Origin: Antedon mediterranea
Lineage: Eukaryota > Animalia > Echinodermata
NCBI RefSeq assembly: GCF_964355755.1
Contig: NC_092675.1
Location: 1,235,812-1,299,811, forward strand
Reading direction: 5' to 3'
Length of the DNA: 64,000 nt
Position 1 is the first letter of the stretch, and each line of letters opens with the position of its first letter. The notes beneath the pieces are model-generated. The model had not been told where the DNA came from and made no database searches. It worked only from the letters and a program-made list of their open reading frames with translations. This document shows, one piece after another, positions 1 to 13,967 of the stretch. The position numbers were made by a program, and so were the translations under genes.

Positions 1-248
1 CTGTAAGGTGACAAGAAGAGAGTTCTAATAACATGAAAATAAGAATTGTATTGATTAGCGGTACGTATTTATTCTTTTGTAGACTATTCGTGGGTTCACA
101 ATAAGCCATGACACGTGACTATACCTTTGTTACTATGAAAGAAATTATACATTAATATCAGTAATTAAAAAGTGGCCAAAGCATTTTTGTAGTGTCGTCA
201 CAGTATAGGCCTAAGGTAGGAGACGAACACAAACTTCATGAATCCACT

Positions 249-2366
249 ATGGTATTTGTAATTTGTCTGCTTGTTTTGGTAAACAATTTTGTTATCCAGA
301 CATTTCAATGTGATACCGGTAAGTTTGAATATATTGTGATTGGAAATTGAAGAACGGTAATTGATACTGAACAGGTACGGTCGCTAAGGTAAAAATGAGA
401 TCGTAATAATGATTATGTTTTTTTTTGGTATTGTAGATGTGGTGGATTGCTATTATAGCACAATGAAAATGTCAAGATTGTTCAATAGCAGCAGTCTATA
501 CGGTCGTCATCTACATCAGACACCAGCTAGAAGTTTGATAGAATGTCAACAAATGTGCATGAATCATTATTCTAGTTGTACATACATCGCATATGATAAA
601 ACCAAAGGATCATGTGATGTATTTACAACAGAAGGGCCAAATGATGTTTTTCCGTTCGCAAAAGATGTGTTTCTGTATGAACGTGTACTTAATAGCGACT
701 GTACAGATGCTAAGAATCAACCAGGTGCCGTAAGTGGTGTTTATCTAATCCACCAGCCACCGACTAACGCATTTCTTACTTACTGTGACATGAGTACAGA
801 TGGTAAAGCTTGGACAGTAAGTTTCGTTCGTATATTGGAAAAAACTGTTTGAAAAATGCGAAGATAATTGTAAATGTCCACCAAATTATTATAGGCAATG
901 TACATGTACTGTATTAATGTCGGTGGACGTTGTCATACAATAGCTCAATTTTTGTAATGAAAATTTAATTTTAATATTTACATTTTACAAACTGAATTGG
1001 AAAGACCAGAGTCAACCAGGGTCAACCTTTCTTTCTTTGTCTTTCTTTCTTCATGTTTCTCTATTTCGTACTTCTTCTTTTAGTTCCGAATATGTATTTT
1101 TATAACATAATATTTCTCAACACATTGTGGTACAAAATATTATAAAAGACGGTTTAAGAGATACTATAGGCCTAGGGTTGATTTGTCTATTATTTATATT
1201 TTTCAGAAAAACATATTTTATAAGAATTGAATTGATTATATACATTTATAATACTCTATAGGTATTCCAACGGCGAATAAGTGGAACTATTGATTTTAAC
1301 CAGAATTGGGAAGCATTTGCTTTGGGTTTTGGCGATATTTGCGGTGAATTTTGGATGGGGAATGAGAACATTTATAGAATGACGTCATCCGATTCGTATG
1401 AATTACGTATTGATATGATTGATACAGAGGGGTCTAAACAGTATGCCGTTTTTAACCAATTTCGGATTGGAAGTGAATCAGACAAATATAGAATTCATTT
1501 GGGAAAGTTCATACGAAGCCGCTCCAGTTTTGGTGAGGCTTTTTATGTTGTACTGAATGTAAATTGATTGATTTAGATTGTTAACATGTTATCAGAGAAC
1601 GGTCTAATGTCATAAAACCAATTCATACAGTTTAATATAACAAGTTATTTTTTAATTGCTTGACCTTAAAAGGTCTAAAATCCGAGCGCCGTCGATATGA
1701 CATAGTGTGTACAACAATTCAAAAAGAAAGCTGAGTTTTGTTGATGAGGATGATGATGACTAACTGAAATAACTGATTAACAATTTGTTTTTGTCATAAA
1801 ACAAACAATGAATGTTTTCGTCGTTCAATAAAGAATGATAATATTTTCATTGTTCAAAGATACAACTTTGTTTTGATTTGTTTTTAATTAATTTGTACTA
1901 CTTAGTTTTGTTATTTTTGTATTTTATAATAATGATGGAGTAAGAGCAGTTTTCTGTTTGGGCTTATGCCTATTACTTACTCCTGGCAAGATGAAATGTA
2001 AATCGTACTTTTAAGAACTTTTGCCGAATAAATATTATTATTATTAACTGATTCACCTAATGTAATTTCTTCCATTTTTCACTATAAATAATTACTTGTA
2101 TTTATTTTTAAGATCATCGAGATGCAACTGGATTTTCATTGACTACTAATAAACCCAATTCATTCACCACCACTGACCGAGACAATGATAGAAGTCAACG
2201 AGATATTAACTGTGCTAATACACAGGGTGGCGGTTGGTGGTATAGCCAATGCGCCTATGTTAATCTTAATGGAGATTTTAAATCTCATTTTTATTGGAAA
2301 ACGCCTAAGCCTAACAAAGATATGCATTTAACATTTTCAGAAATGAAAATGCGAAGAATAGCTTGA
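249..2366 (+). CDS. Secreted PAN/apple-domain + fibrinogen C-terminal (FReD) protein, 4 exons, ~324 aa
   Basis: Exons 249-318 (signal peptide [23 protein letters not shown]), 437-816 (PAN-like [13 protein letters not shown]...CDVF, then [24 protein letters not shown]), 1262-1532 ([30 protein letters not shown]), 2113-2366 ([34 protein letters not shown]). All introns GT-AG, phases consistent, total 975 nt. Confidence 0.9.
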
Positions 2367-3103
2367 ACGATGGTATATTGGCAGATTTCAAAAACTGTTC
2401 TACTCAGAAAAACCGAGTCGTTGTTTTTTTCAAACTCAAAAAATATCAAATAATATTTTTTGAAACTGTTTAGGCGTATGTTTATATTAATAGTATTTTG
2501 CATTTTTTTGTGCACATGGAAAAATGTATTTTTGTGTTCATTGAGAATTTAAGAACCCAAGTAGTTTTTTAGATAACGTTTATACAACTTGTATAATTAT
2601 GATAATAAATAAATATAGTAAAACAATATTTATGAAACCAGTACGTTTTAGGAATGATCACTTTTTTACACGACGCACTATTTTGTGCGGAACCAAACAT
2701 GCACTCTGACTGCACTATCGTCATCAATTGGTTTATTTTCTTAGAAAATATTATTATTTAAAATTGTAAACCTTCCTTATAAGCATGTAAACAAATTGTT
2801 TGTAATTAATTAGTTTTGGTTTTCTTTTTAAAATGTTTCACTTCTGATCTGATCATCAAAAACAGTTCAATTAAGTTAGTAAGTTCTATAAGCATCGCTA
2901 TTTAAGGTAATATTATTACCAAATAAGTAAGACTGGATCTTGGAAGTTTTGCCAATTTGTACTTATAAGGAAGGATTGGTAAAAAAATATTATTGTTATT
3001 ATTGTAATTTTGGTAACATCATCATTATTATACTATAATAGTCATAGCCATATTTGGAAGAGATGAAAACAATATACGATTGAATTTAAAACAAGGTGTA
3101 TCC

Positions 3104-3393
3104 AAATTATTAATTCGTCATCGTCAAAGCAAACTCTGATCAAAGCGTGGCTACTTTAAGAGTATTCTGAAACCATCTCCTGTCTTCTGTCATCCTAAAT
3201 TATTAATTCGTCATCGTCAAAGCAAACTCTGATCAAAGCGTGGCTACTTTAAGAGTATTCTGAAACCATCTCCTGTCTTCTGTCATCCTAAATTATTAAT
3301 TCGTCATCGTCAAAGCAAACTCTGATCAAAGCGTGGCTTCTTTAAGAGTATTCTGAAACCATCTCCTTTCTTCTGTCATCCTAAATTATTAAT
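3104..3393. repeat. Tandem repeat, 3 x 93 bp
   Basis: aaattattaattcgtcatcgtcaaagc... recurs at 3104, 3197 and 3290, nearly identical. Confidence 0.95.
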
Positions 3394-3834
3394 TAAGTAG
3401 GCTAAAACAAAATTATACATTAAATAACAGCCAGGTGTAAACAAAATAATGCAGTAACTTTTGTATACACATTAATCACGTGACGATGACACATTGAAAT
3501 AAAATTGTAAACTTTCAAAGATTGCAAGATCAAAATTGACTTTAATAAAAACATGCATATAAAAATGTACATAACTATAATAAAATCGCTCTGTACTGTA
3601 TCTAGATTTCTCCAGTATCATATAAATATTCGGTAATATTCGGTAATATTCGGTAATACAGTATTGCCTAGTTCATAGACCACCTGACCTCACATGATAC
3701 AACCACCTGATAATGCTGTATTACCAAATATTCTTGTGATACTGGACAAATGTCGTATGTGGAGATACAGCACAGATAATCAGGTAATCAAATACAGTAA
3801 CAAATGTGTTCTATCTATAGAATTGATTATAAAT

Positions 3835-4560
3835 TATTCTATCTGTAAGGTCCTCCTCCTCAATACTTAAGTTTCCACAAACGTAACTCAAGCTCTTTCT
3901 CAATTCGCATCCCATCAAACGTATCCATGTATAATGAAATTTAGCTTCACAATAATATATACATAGCGAGGTAAAAAGCATCGTATTCAATAAGACAAAT
4001 TACAATAAAAAAACAATATTCTATCTGTAAGGTCCTCCTTCCCCATTACTTAAGTTTCCACAAACATAACTCAAGCTCTTTCCCAAATCGTATCCCATCA
4101 AACGTATCCATGTATATTGAATTTAGCTTCACAGTAATATATACATAGTGAGGTAAAAAGCATCGTATTCAATAAGACAAATTACAATAAAAAAAACAAT
4201 ATTCTATCTGTAAAGTCCTCCTTCCCCATTACTTAAGTTTCCACAAACATAACTCAAGCTCTTTCTCAATTCGCACCCCATCAAACGTATCCATGTATAT
4301 TGAAATTTAGCTTCACAGTAATATATACATAGCGAGGTAAAAAGCATCGTATTCAATAAGACAAATTACAATAAAAAAACAATATTCTATCTGTAAGGTC
4401 CTCCTACCCCATTACTTAAGTTTTCACAAACATAACTGATGCCACATGCTCTTTCCGAAATTGTATCCCATCAAACGTATCCATGAATATTGAAATTTAG
4501 CTTCACAATAATAATTATATACATAGGGAGATAACAAACCTCGTATTCATTAAGACAAAT
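3835..4560. repeat. Tandem repeat, 4 x ~183 bp
   Basis: tattctatctgtaaggtcctcc... recurs at about 3835, 4017, 4200 and 4383. Confidence 0.93.
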
Positions 4561-4906
4561 TTGCGTATATTACGTTGCGTCGCTAGTGGGAACCACGCTT
4601 TAGAGACGCAACACAAAGACGTAACGCAATGTAAGTTAGTTGACCAATGAAAAGCGATGGATTATTCAGGCTAACCCTTGTCATTGGTCAACACGATCGC
4701 GTTGCGTTTACGTCCTTGCGTTACTTCCTAGTGGTAACCAAGCTTTACAATAAAAAAACATTACATAATTGATTTTAATAAGCAAGTTCTATACAATTTT
4801 GTAAGCTTTACAATATTTATTTCCACAATGTTGTGCTTAATCACAACAGTTGGAATTAAATACATCACTTTTCAGTAGTCAGCGTCCTAGTGGAAACCAA
4901 GCTTAA

Positions 4907-5164
4907 AGATGTATGTCCCCAAAAAACATGCAAGAAAAATGAAGGTTATTTTTTGGTTTTAATAAGGTTGAAAAAAAACCCAGTAAAACTTAATGGTTAA
5001 ATCTAATCAAAAACCCATTGACTGGCAGACATTTTGACTATTTTTCCTTTACATTTTTTTACAAGATTTTTGGGTAAATAATTTTTTTTCTATTATGCGA
5101 CATTAAAATGGCATATTCAACAGAATTGGTTTAAGAATTATTTTTTCAGGTGAACAATACATCT
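4907..5164. mobile_element. Non-autonomous DNA transposon with TTAA flanks (Kolobok-like MITE); diverged copy at ~12637-12936
   Basis: ttaa|agatgtat ... atacatct|ttaa terminal inverted repeats; internal aaaacccattg(a/g)ctggcag shared with the 12.8 kb copy. Confidence 0.65.
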
Positions 5165-5375
5165 TTAAGGTAAAAATATTATAATTATAATGCAGTATTC
5201 CTTTATTACGTAAATTAGGCAAAATATTGATAATTATTTATTTATATGTTCTAAATTGAAAACAAGTAATAACAATTATTACCACTAAATCTGAATGAAA
5301 TGCATTTCTAATTGGTCTAGCGGAAGAAGAAGAATGATTAGTTATCCATTGATGATATTTTTCGATATAGCTTAC

Positions 5376-5450
5376 AGTGTACGTAGAAAGTATCACAAGC
5401 AATGTTTAAATCCCATCTATGGTGTAGGATGGGGTCGACGGGTGGCCACA
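5376..5450 (-). pseudogene. Degenerate fragment resembling the start of the receptor Ig exon
   Basis: After ttttttag it reads (V)WPPVDPILHHRWDLNIACDT, versus IAPLNPILHAGSDLNISCTL in B-Ig2. Confidence 0.4.
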
Positions 5451-5727
5451 CTAAAAAAGTAATAACATTTTGTTTTCAACATGTAATAGACGTATACCAA
5501 CTATTAACGTCACGTCACCATACGTTAACCATGGTCTTACCGAATGTTTCGGTTCGAGTAATCATTAATTGGGATGCACGGTAACCCACTCTTCCTACCC
5601 TACTATACAGTAACATCAATAATACAGGATTTCTGTACACTGTACTGTACATCTAAAAAGACTTTTAATCACTATGGGATAGGAAATAGATGTTACTGTG
5701 TTTACATTTTAAGATCTACTATTCATT

Positions 5728-8514
5728 TTAAAGTGCGTCTGCTGGCGTCATTGATATTGGATCAAACCATCTGAATAAAATTACCTTGTTTTTATTATTA
5801 TTTCTGCCTGTTTCAGCTTGGTATGTTGGTCCCCAATCACTCCACGACTTATTGTGAAATCGTGCGCGCGCTTGTATCTTGTACCAAGTGTAGGGCGCAA
5901 GTTTACCAATTTTAATTTGATCACAATGCCGATTGTTATCAGCTGAATCCTGAAAAAAAAAATGTATTTGATAAGTATAGGCTACAAAACAACAATAGTA
6001 CAATTTCGATTTAGAACTGTATTGACTTACGTAGGCCTGTAAACTTTTTACTACGTCATCCGACTCTGAGTCATCATCTAGCTCTATAAACTCGATTTCG
6101 TCAAAGCATATGTGCACCAAACAGGTGCAACTTCTCTGTGAGAACGCAATCTAATTTCGTTACCTGGACCTATAATCGACCAAATTAGGTCCAACGAGCC
6201 AAACGTCTTTTAACGTCCAATGTCATAAGTCCTAAGTCCCTAATTCAGATACTTTACACTCAGCTCTGCATTCTCTGCACGACAATACATCAATACAAAT
6301 TATCTCTCTAACTATAACACTATATACAGACAACATAGAACGTATCTGAATGGTATAAACCATACCAGGGCTGTTAATTTGTCTATAAAAATGTCGAAAG
6401 ATACATTTCATTGGCATGCAGATCATATATTCTAACTGCAAAAGTAAATGGATGTATAACGTGCGGTGATGGACCGTAGCCAACGACTAACCAAATTCTT
6501 ACCTCTGTCCAATTGTCATCAGTATCATTCTTGCAGTAACGGATTTGGTAACGTAAGCTGGACTTTTCAGTAATATCTGGTTGTAGTTCAACCTTAATCT
6601 CCAAGTATCGTTTTCTTTCCTTTACCTTCTTAATACTAGGCGATAGAGGTATGGCAGCTAAAGCAAACAATAACATGTTGAATGGGGTTTTTGTTTGTTT
6701 GTATATCCACAAATTAATATCTATTATACACATATATAAATTGATTATTCCATAAAACACATACATAGAAGTTATTGGAACAACAAGCAGTGGGATACTC
6801 TATAAAATGCCAATAACATATTTGACTTAAACCTTCTTCCACAAAAAAAAACAAAAAAAAACAGTGTCTTTATAACCAGTAAAAATCCTTCTTACCCATG
6901 CTAGGATCAAAATAAATTTCGGTTGAGACACTGCCAAGATAATTGGTAACATTTACTCTAACACGATGGCCAATTCTACTGCCGTCTTCCCGTGGAACAT
7001 TACACCTAAATTCACGATCAGGTTCAGGGCAGGTTCTCCAAGAACTTGAGAAAAACAAGAATTATAGAATCCGTTGATTAAGTGTATACATGTTACTAGG
7101 CCTATTACAAAATGCATAAATATGCAGCTTTTGCAATGTTTAAAATGAGTGTGTCAATGCAAGTAAGTTTTGAGATAAACTGCGGTGTATTTCAGGGCTA
7201 AATGAAGATACACTTACACATGCCTGGGTACTGAATGAACTGATTGTCAAAATTGTTTGATTGTCAAAAAGCAAAAATAGTTCGAGAAAATAATGTTTTT
7301 GATAAACTCCTTATGATTCGTTGTTTCTTATTAATAACATCTACATAACGTTAAACACTGTACTTACGATTGATATTCATATTCGAATGTGTATGTATCT
7401 CTTAAATTTGTGTTCTCGATCTCTGACCACTCACACCAGTAATCATTAGTGTTTGTTGAAAAACAGTTGAGTGTTGGCTTAGTTGGTGCCACTGTAAATA
7501 AGTAATGTATCTATAACTTAATCTTTTAATGTCATTTACTGCTAGCAAACATAAATGCACCAGATCAAATAACATTGGCAATAATATAATGCAGACGATT
7601 AAATGTTCTTCTACTAAATATTTAATCGTTTTCCGAAATTTTAAAGTAAACTTACTTCCTACGTATACATATGTTCCATGCCATGACGACGAATCAGGTA
7701 AATAACAATGATATTGATCTTTGTAATTTGCCATCGTTAAGTTCTGTAATCTTAGCATAGCCTCTGAGTCTGATATGATATCTATCTGCGATGGGTCTAT
7801 TCTATCAGTATCTTTACCAAAACTAGTCGTCCATATGATATCTCTTGAGGTATACGTGGTTGATGCATCTAATGTACAAGTCAGATTTAAATCTGATCCA
7901 GCAGCTATGATAGGGTCCATTGGCGTTAAAATGACTAATAAAGTAAAAACAACGCTAAATGAAACTTTAAAAAATTTAAAATAAAACAGTTTTTAACACT
8001 TAAAAGATAATAATTATGGCTGAAGTTAGTAAACAAATCGAACCCGCTCTAAATCCTAGTGAAAAAAGTAGGCCTACATAACTCGATTGAAAATCCTTCA
8101 TTTAGTCGTTCAAAGAGAAAAATTTGAAACAATATCGTATAGTTAAAGTAGAATCTTACTTTACGCGGAAAATCTGTCAAGACGGTTGATTCTAAAATAC
8201 CTAATGCATTGTGTCCACCGCCTTATGGTCAAGTATAATAATAATATTATGGGTACGTCCGCTCATTCGTCATCCGAAATTAGAAGTTTTCCATAAAGAG
8301 ATTACACAACTATTGAAATTTCAAGCTAACCGACAAGATGAACACGTTTTAAGCTCTGTCTACACTATCAAACTTTATGTGACAAAACATATTTGGGCAG
8401 ATCACTACCATATTTGGGCACATCACACCTTTTTTTATCATGTATTTTACCTGAACGAGCATTGGCAAGAATAAACAAGCTTGCAAGTATATAGAATGTA
8501 TCCAGTGCAGTCAT
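5728..8514 (-). CDS. Class I cytokine receptor-like paralog A (signal-Ig-CBM, no TM found; putative soluble form, ~330 aa)
   Basis: Exons 8451-8514 (MTALDTFYILASLFILANARS), 7656-7934 (Ig), 7368-7491 (LNCFSTNTNDYWCEW), 6896-7044 (WRTCPE..FRCNV), 6503-6657, 5728-5949 (..KSWSDWGPTY.. read through to stop). Phases match paralogs. The 3' end is uncertain (possible donor at 5785). Confidence 0.75.
8350..8430. mobile_element. Partial MITE (ctctgtctacactatcaaact family); fuller copies at ~49915-50061 and ~58287-58428
   Basis: Shared terminus aagctctgtctacactatcaaact and internal tgcccaaatatgg / gggcacatcac in three places; inverted end gtgtagacag at 50051. Confidence 0.7.
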
Positions 8515-9149
8515 GTTTGTTTGGTCTGTGGAAGAAATAACTATTATCATTAACAAACAAGAAAAAAAAAACACATCTCAATAACAAGAAAAAGGAATCT
8601 CACTACCAAATAAAGTGCATACCTCGAACTAAAATATGATTTTACTACATAAAAATCGTCCATTGTGTGTGATTATTGCACTAAAAACTAGTGAATAGGA
8701 CAGACAGACAAAATGGGCAAAGGTAATAACAAACAAGTTAGAAATCTGTAATAATCTCAATTATTTAATCATATCAATTTATATCAATAAAATAGTTCTG
8801 TTAGAAAGCTGAAAGCAGTAATTGGACGTAGAAACTCGTTGCCACTGAGCCCAACATTTTTCGGGCTCTGCGTTCATTCACAGAATCTAAAATGAACTCT
8901 AGTTTTACCCTTTTTTTTACCGGGTTGGAATCCGGGATAAAGAGACGAATGTTATTAGATATCAATAACAATTATAAGTACACGGTTAGACTACAAGGTA
9001 TAAAACATGGTATTCTTCAAATGTTACATTTTACCATTTTTTAGATAACATAATTTTAAAATAAATTAAAATATCAAAATGCAAATTATAATAAGAATAA
9101 TAATATAATATAAATACTAATTATAATACAAGTTGTAAAACAAAGATAA

Positions 9150-11170
9150 CTAAGAAAGCCACTCCGAGAGTGCATACCTCCACCTCTGTAAAATTCTCCT
9201 ACATAAGATTTCTCCGGGAAAATATGTGTATATAATTTATATTTGTGTGTCTTAATCTGTTTGTGATTTAGGCTAATTTCACTACAAGCAGGTTTATGCG
9301 AGTTTGGTGTAATGGTTATGTAACAAGCCTTTCAATTAACAATAGCTTCAGTTGACTAACAATAGAACAGCAACGCAAAAATCAAACGAGTGAATTTGAA
9401 AAGAAATAGGTTTTTTAAACTACTCGCATCAAAAAACGTGCACATTAAATCAAATTATGTATCAATTAAATTAAAATTACAAATCAAAAATTATAACTCT
9501 TTGCCTCTTGTACAAAAATGAAGTTTTTTGGACAAGTAGTTCTCGAGAAAATGCAATTACAGTTTACTTGTTACTTTAAGACTGCTCGCCGGCTTTTGAA
9601 AAATTCTGTCCTATCTTTTAACACTAGCAGGTCTGAAAGTATACTAAAAAGTGGTCCAGAATTGGGACCGTGGTCCCAAATGGTTCCAAAATGTAATGGA
9701 ATGGTCCTTGAACACATTTCTATCTGTATATTCATTTTGGTTAATTACTTTTTGAGTAATCCTAACAAACAAACTAGCCTTCGCGCATAGCGCGATACTT
9801 GGCCAAATCAAAATTGGCCTCCTGACCATGACACGATTTTCACCAAAAGTGTGTGTCTTAATGCTGTGTTGATTTATTCACTACAATCATGTGTATACGA
9901 GTTTGGTGTAAAGGTTATGTTCAACTAACAATAGCTTCAGTCGACTAACAATAGAACAGCAACGCGACAAACACACGGGTGAATTTGAAAAGAATTAGGT
10001 TTTTTAAACTATTCGCATAAAAAAACCTGTATATTAAATCAACTTATGTTTTAAAATTACAAATCACAAATTATAACTCTTGCCTCTTGTACAAAAAATG
10101 AAGTTTTTTGGAGAAATAGTTCTCGAGAAAATGCAATTTTAGTTTACTTGTTAATTTAAGACTGCTCACCGGCTTTTGATAATTCTCTCCTATCTTTTAA
10201 CACTAGCAGGTCTGAAAATAATTTTTTAAAGTGGTCCAGAATTGGGACCGTGGTCCAGATTTTAACCAAAATTAGGCAGTGTCGTCCTTGCACCAGGTGA
10301 CATGTATGGTAGTAATTTGAATCAAAACTGTGAGCGCTAGAGTGATGATAAACAAACAAACACACACAAACCAAACAGATCAACATACTTGGCCAATTTT
10401 CAATTTGGCCAAGTAACTAGCCCTCGCGCATAGCGCGATACTTGGCCAAATCAAAATTGACCTCCTGACCATGACACGATTTTCACTAAAAGTGTGTGTC
10501 TTAATGCTGTGTTGATTTATTCACTACAATCATGTGTATACGAGTTTAGTGTAAAGGTTATGTAACCAGTCTTTCAACTAACAATAGCTTCAGTCGACTA
10601 ACAATAGAACAGCAACGTGAAAAACTCACGGGTGAATTTGAAAAGAAACTATTCGCATCAAAAAACCTGTATATTAAATCTAATTAAGTTTTAAAATTAC
10701 AAATCACAAATTGTACCTCTTGCCTCTTGTACAAAAATGAAGTTTTTTGGACAAGTAGTTCTCGAGAAAATGCAATTTAAGTTTACTTGTTACTCTAAGA
10801 CTGCTCACCGGCTTGTGAAAATTCTTTCCTATCTTTTTAACACTAGCAGATCTGACAATAATTCAAAAAGTGGTCCAGAATTGGGACTGTGGTCCGGATT
10901 TTAACCATTTGGTCAGTGTCGTCCTTGCACCAGCCGACATGTATGGCAGTAATTTGGAGTCATTCGAATCAAAATTGTGAGCGCTAGAGTGATGACAAAC
11001 AAACAAACAAACACGCAAACACACAAACACAAACCAAACAGATCAACATACTTGGCCAATTTTCAATTTGGCCAAGTAACAAACACACAAATCAAACAGA
11101 TCAACATACTTGGCCAATTTTCAATTTGGCCAAGTAACAAACAAACAACAAACTTGGCGGAGGTAAATAA
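9150..11170. mobile_element. Composite dispersed repeat with ~3 internal ~620-bp tandem units (Helentron/HINE-like non-autonomous element)
   Basis: Units share agttctcgagaaaatgcaatt, gtggtccagaattgggac and actagcc(t/c)tcgcgcatagcgcgatacttggccaa; subterminal acctccacc (9177) versus ggcggaggt (11157); (caaa)n tracts. Class assignment is inference. Confidence 0.55.
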
Positions 11171-13793
11171 CACCAGACAAATTCAAACTAGTTAGGTCTA
11201 TCAACTATACCTAAAATGTAGGCCTTATGTAAGAATAAATGTAGGATAAAAAAAAAGGTTAAAGCTCTAGAATAATTATAGAATATTCAAATAAAAATGA
11301 TAATATTTGAAAAAATATCATATTTACTTACTTTTAACCAGTGATGAAGGTAGTAAATATACAAATGTCTTAAACTGACGACAGATCGAACTTAAACACC
11401 AGTACGCACTGCTAACAGTTAACGATATCTCTACTGTATGATTAATGTAATAATTTTATTGAAACTACTGATTGACAATACTCTTCTGTCGACTCTGCTC
11501 TCCCCCTTTTATCTTATCTTGTATCTATGATTCTGTGTACGTGGGACAAATAATCAAGATACAGTATTATACTTCCGGTACAGTTTTTCTTTGAAACTAC
11601 TTTATTACAATAATAAGTAAATAAAACAGAAATATTGGTAAATGTATATGGCCTTGTTTTTAGTACATATTTAGACATGTTTAACAAAGACTTTGAAGAC
11701 AGGAACCGGAATAAGCGGCAAGATGCGTAAAATAAAGATATAAGTGTTATATTAAATGTAATTTAGTGTTTCTAAGTTATTGTATTGATCATCCGATTTA
11801 ATTTAGCTGTGTATGAGAAAAAAAACAACAACTTTGTAATCAGGCATCCAATGTACAAGCTTTCTTTTTCTTTTTCTGGAATCCAAGTTAGCATCCGTTT
11901 GCATTTACCAAATGACCGTTCTGGAATTTGCCTGGCATAATTTTTGTAAAACCTTTGGCCACACTGATGATAACCACAAATAAATTATTTGGACTATTCA
12001 TCATAACTTCAGCTCTTTAACATTCAGAAATGTATTTTTTTTCTTTCGTTTATGGGTCTTGCGTGACAAGAAATCTCTTCTTGCAAGATCCTCTATTAAT
12101 GGTGTTTTTGTATTGTCTCATAAATTACCACTTTTTTTATTGTATTGCTGTTACCATTGATAGAAACTAATAAATGTTTGAACTGTAATTTCAATTAACT
12201 TAGCTTTACATGCTTTATTGGTTTTGATAACAATGCTTTAGGAATGCTTGCACGTGCTTCTCTACCTTGCTGCTGTATTGTTGTTCGATCAGTACAGCCC
12301 ATGCTAACAGTCAGTAACCAGGCCTATTAATAGTCAATGTAAGCGGCAAAACAAGCCACTGGTAGAACGTCTTTAATGACAATTCTGTTATTTAGGAAGT
12401 CAGACCTTATGGTAAGCTTGCTTGTTATACTTTTGAATAGATATTAAAGTACGATTTTTTATACCTATGCTCTATAAATTTGTGATTGAAGACGATGTTA
12501 TTTATTTTGCTTTCGGCCTCACAGTAAATCAGTCTGAAACAAAGAAATCAAGGAATAGAGGATCGCAATTGGAATGCTCGGACACAATTATAACATTATG
12601 TTTGAATAAAAAATGAATTTGGGACACATCAATTACAGATATATTGTCTCTCAAAAACATGAAAAATAAAGAATAATATAATCAGACCTGAATAGATTAT
12701 TTTGTAGTTTTAATAAAGTCAATCACTTCCTTAGAAAAAAAATAGTGTTTTCCTTTAAAATGACAGAATAAATGGTAAAATTCCAACAAAAACCCATTGG
12801 CTGGCAGCCAATTTTTTTCTTAAGATGACAGTTTGTTAGGTAAATAAATTGTTTTCAATCCAATTGTTGGTCAAAGTGGATGACTATTAGATGACATAAA
12901 ATGGCATATAAAAAAAAATTATATTGTCATACATCTTTAAAGATAAAAATGGATCAATCAATCAATCAATAATAATTTATTTCTCAAATAAAAACAAAAT
13001 CAGTTAACATTTTCTAAAACAATAAACAAAAAATGAGAAAAAAGGTACTTCACTGGAAGCTAAGCTTTAAAATGTGGGGTCCGGGCAACATATTTAAGGA
13101 TAATTTCCTCTGTCAAAAAAATATGCAATAAGTCTTAATCACAGAATATGTGACACCAAAGTGGTCTAGAAATCGGTGGGCAATACACACATCAGAATAT
13201 TACTGTTTACTCCACAACCGTGTATACATGTATCCATTCTAACGATATGTTAATGACATTTTATCACATTAAAAGCACTTTTTGTTGTTCAATAGCCAAC
13301 ATTAGTATGAGTGTCACTTATAAAACATTTAGTTCATTGTTGTGATCAACGTTAATTTTTGTTTCAAAATGTTATAAGTGTAAGGCAAAACTTTAGTTTG
13401 TAAATTCATAAAAACTCAAGTGTTTGGCTAGAAAGTCTTGCTAACAATTGTACTACAGAAAACTAGTTTCTAAAGCTAGTATAGGCCCTACACTTAGCAA
13501 ACTTTAGCACACTCACAGTTTACAAAAACAAAATTTGATATTTACTAAAGTGTCCATATTTATATGCTTTAGTGGATAATCAGTGATGGTGGAAAACAAA
13601 AAAAAGACACAAAATTGGAGAAGCAACTCATTTATTGAAATAGAATGTACTACTGTAAATTATAGATAGTCATATTAATGAAAGATTGAAACAATCTCAG
13701 AAAAGACAAAACAAAAAAAGTACTTTCAGTGAAATAATCAATAATAATAATAATGTTATTAGGCCTATACTGTTAGTCAGTAAAGTACTGTAA

Positions 13794-13967
13794 AGCCTGT
13801 TTTCCTGTCGACGTTATTCGACGCAATTGTCGTTGATCGTTAACAGTTGAAATGATAACGATAGTGAGTACCTTTTCTTGTAAATCGTTAACATTCTAAT
13901 GTTTACGTAGAAGATTGCCGGTTTTTGTTAACGATAGCATCGAATAACGTCGACAGGAAAACAGGCT
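13794..13967. mobile_element. MITE with ~28-bp TIRs and TAA target-site duplication (PIF/Harbinger-Tourist-like)
   Basis: taa|agcctgttttcctgtcgacgttattcga ... tcgaataacgtcgacaggaaaacaggct|taa. Confidence 0.85.

Noticed and set aside
3104-3393. 93-bp repeat (multiple of 3) as a possible coding repeat or C-terminal exon of paralog A
   Set aside because: All three minus-strand frames contain stops within each unit.
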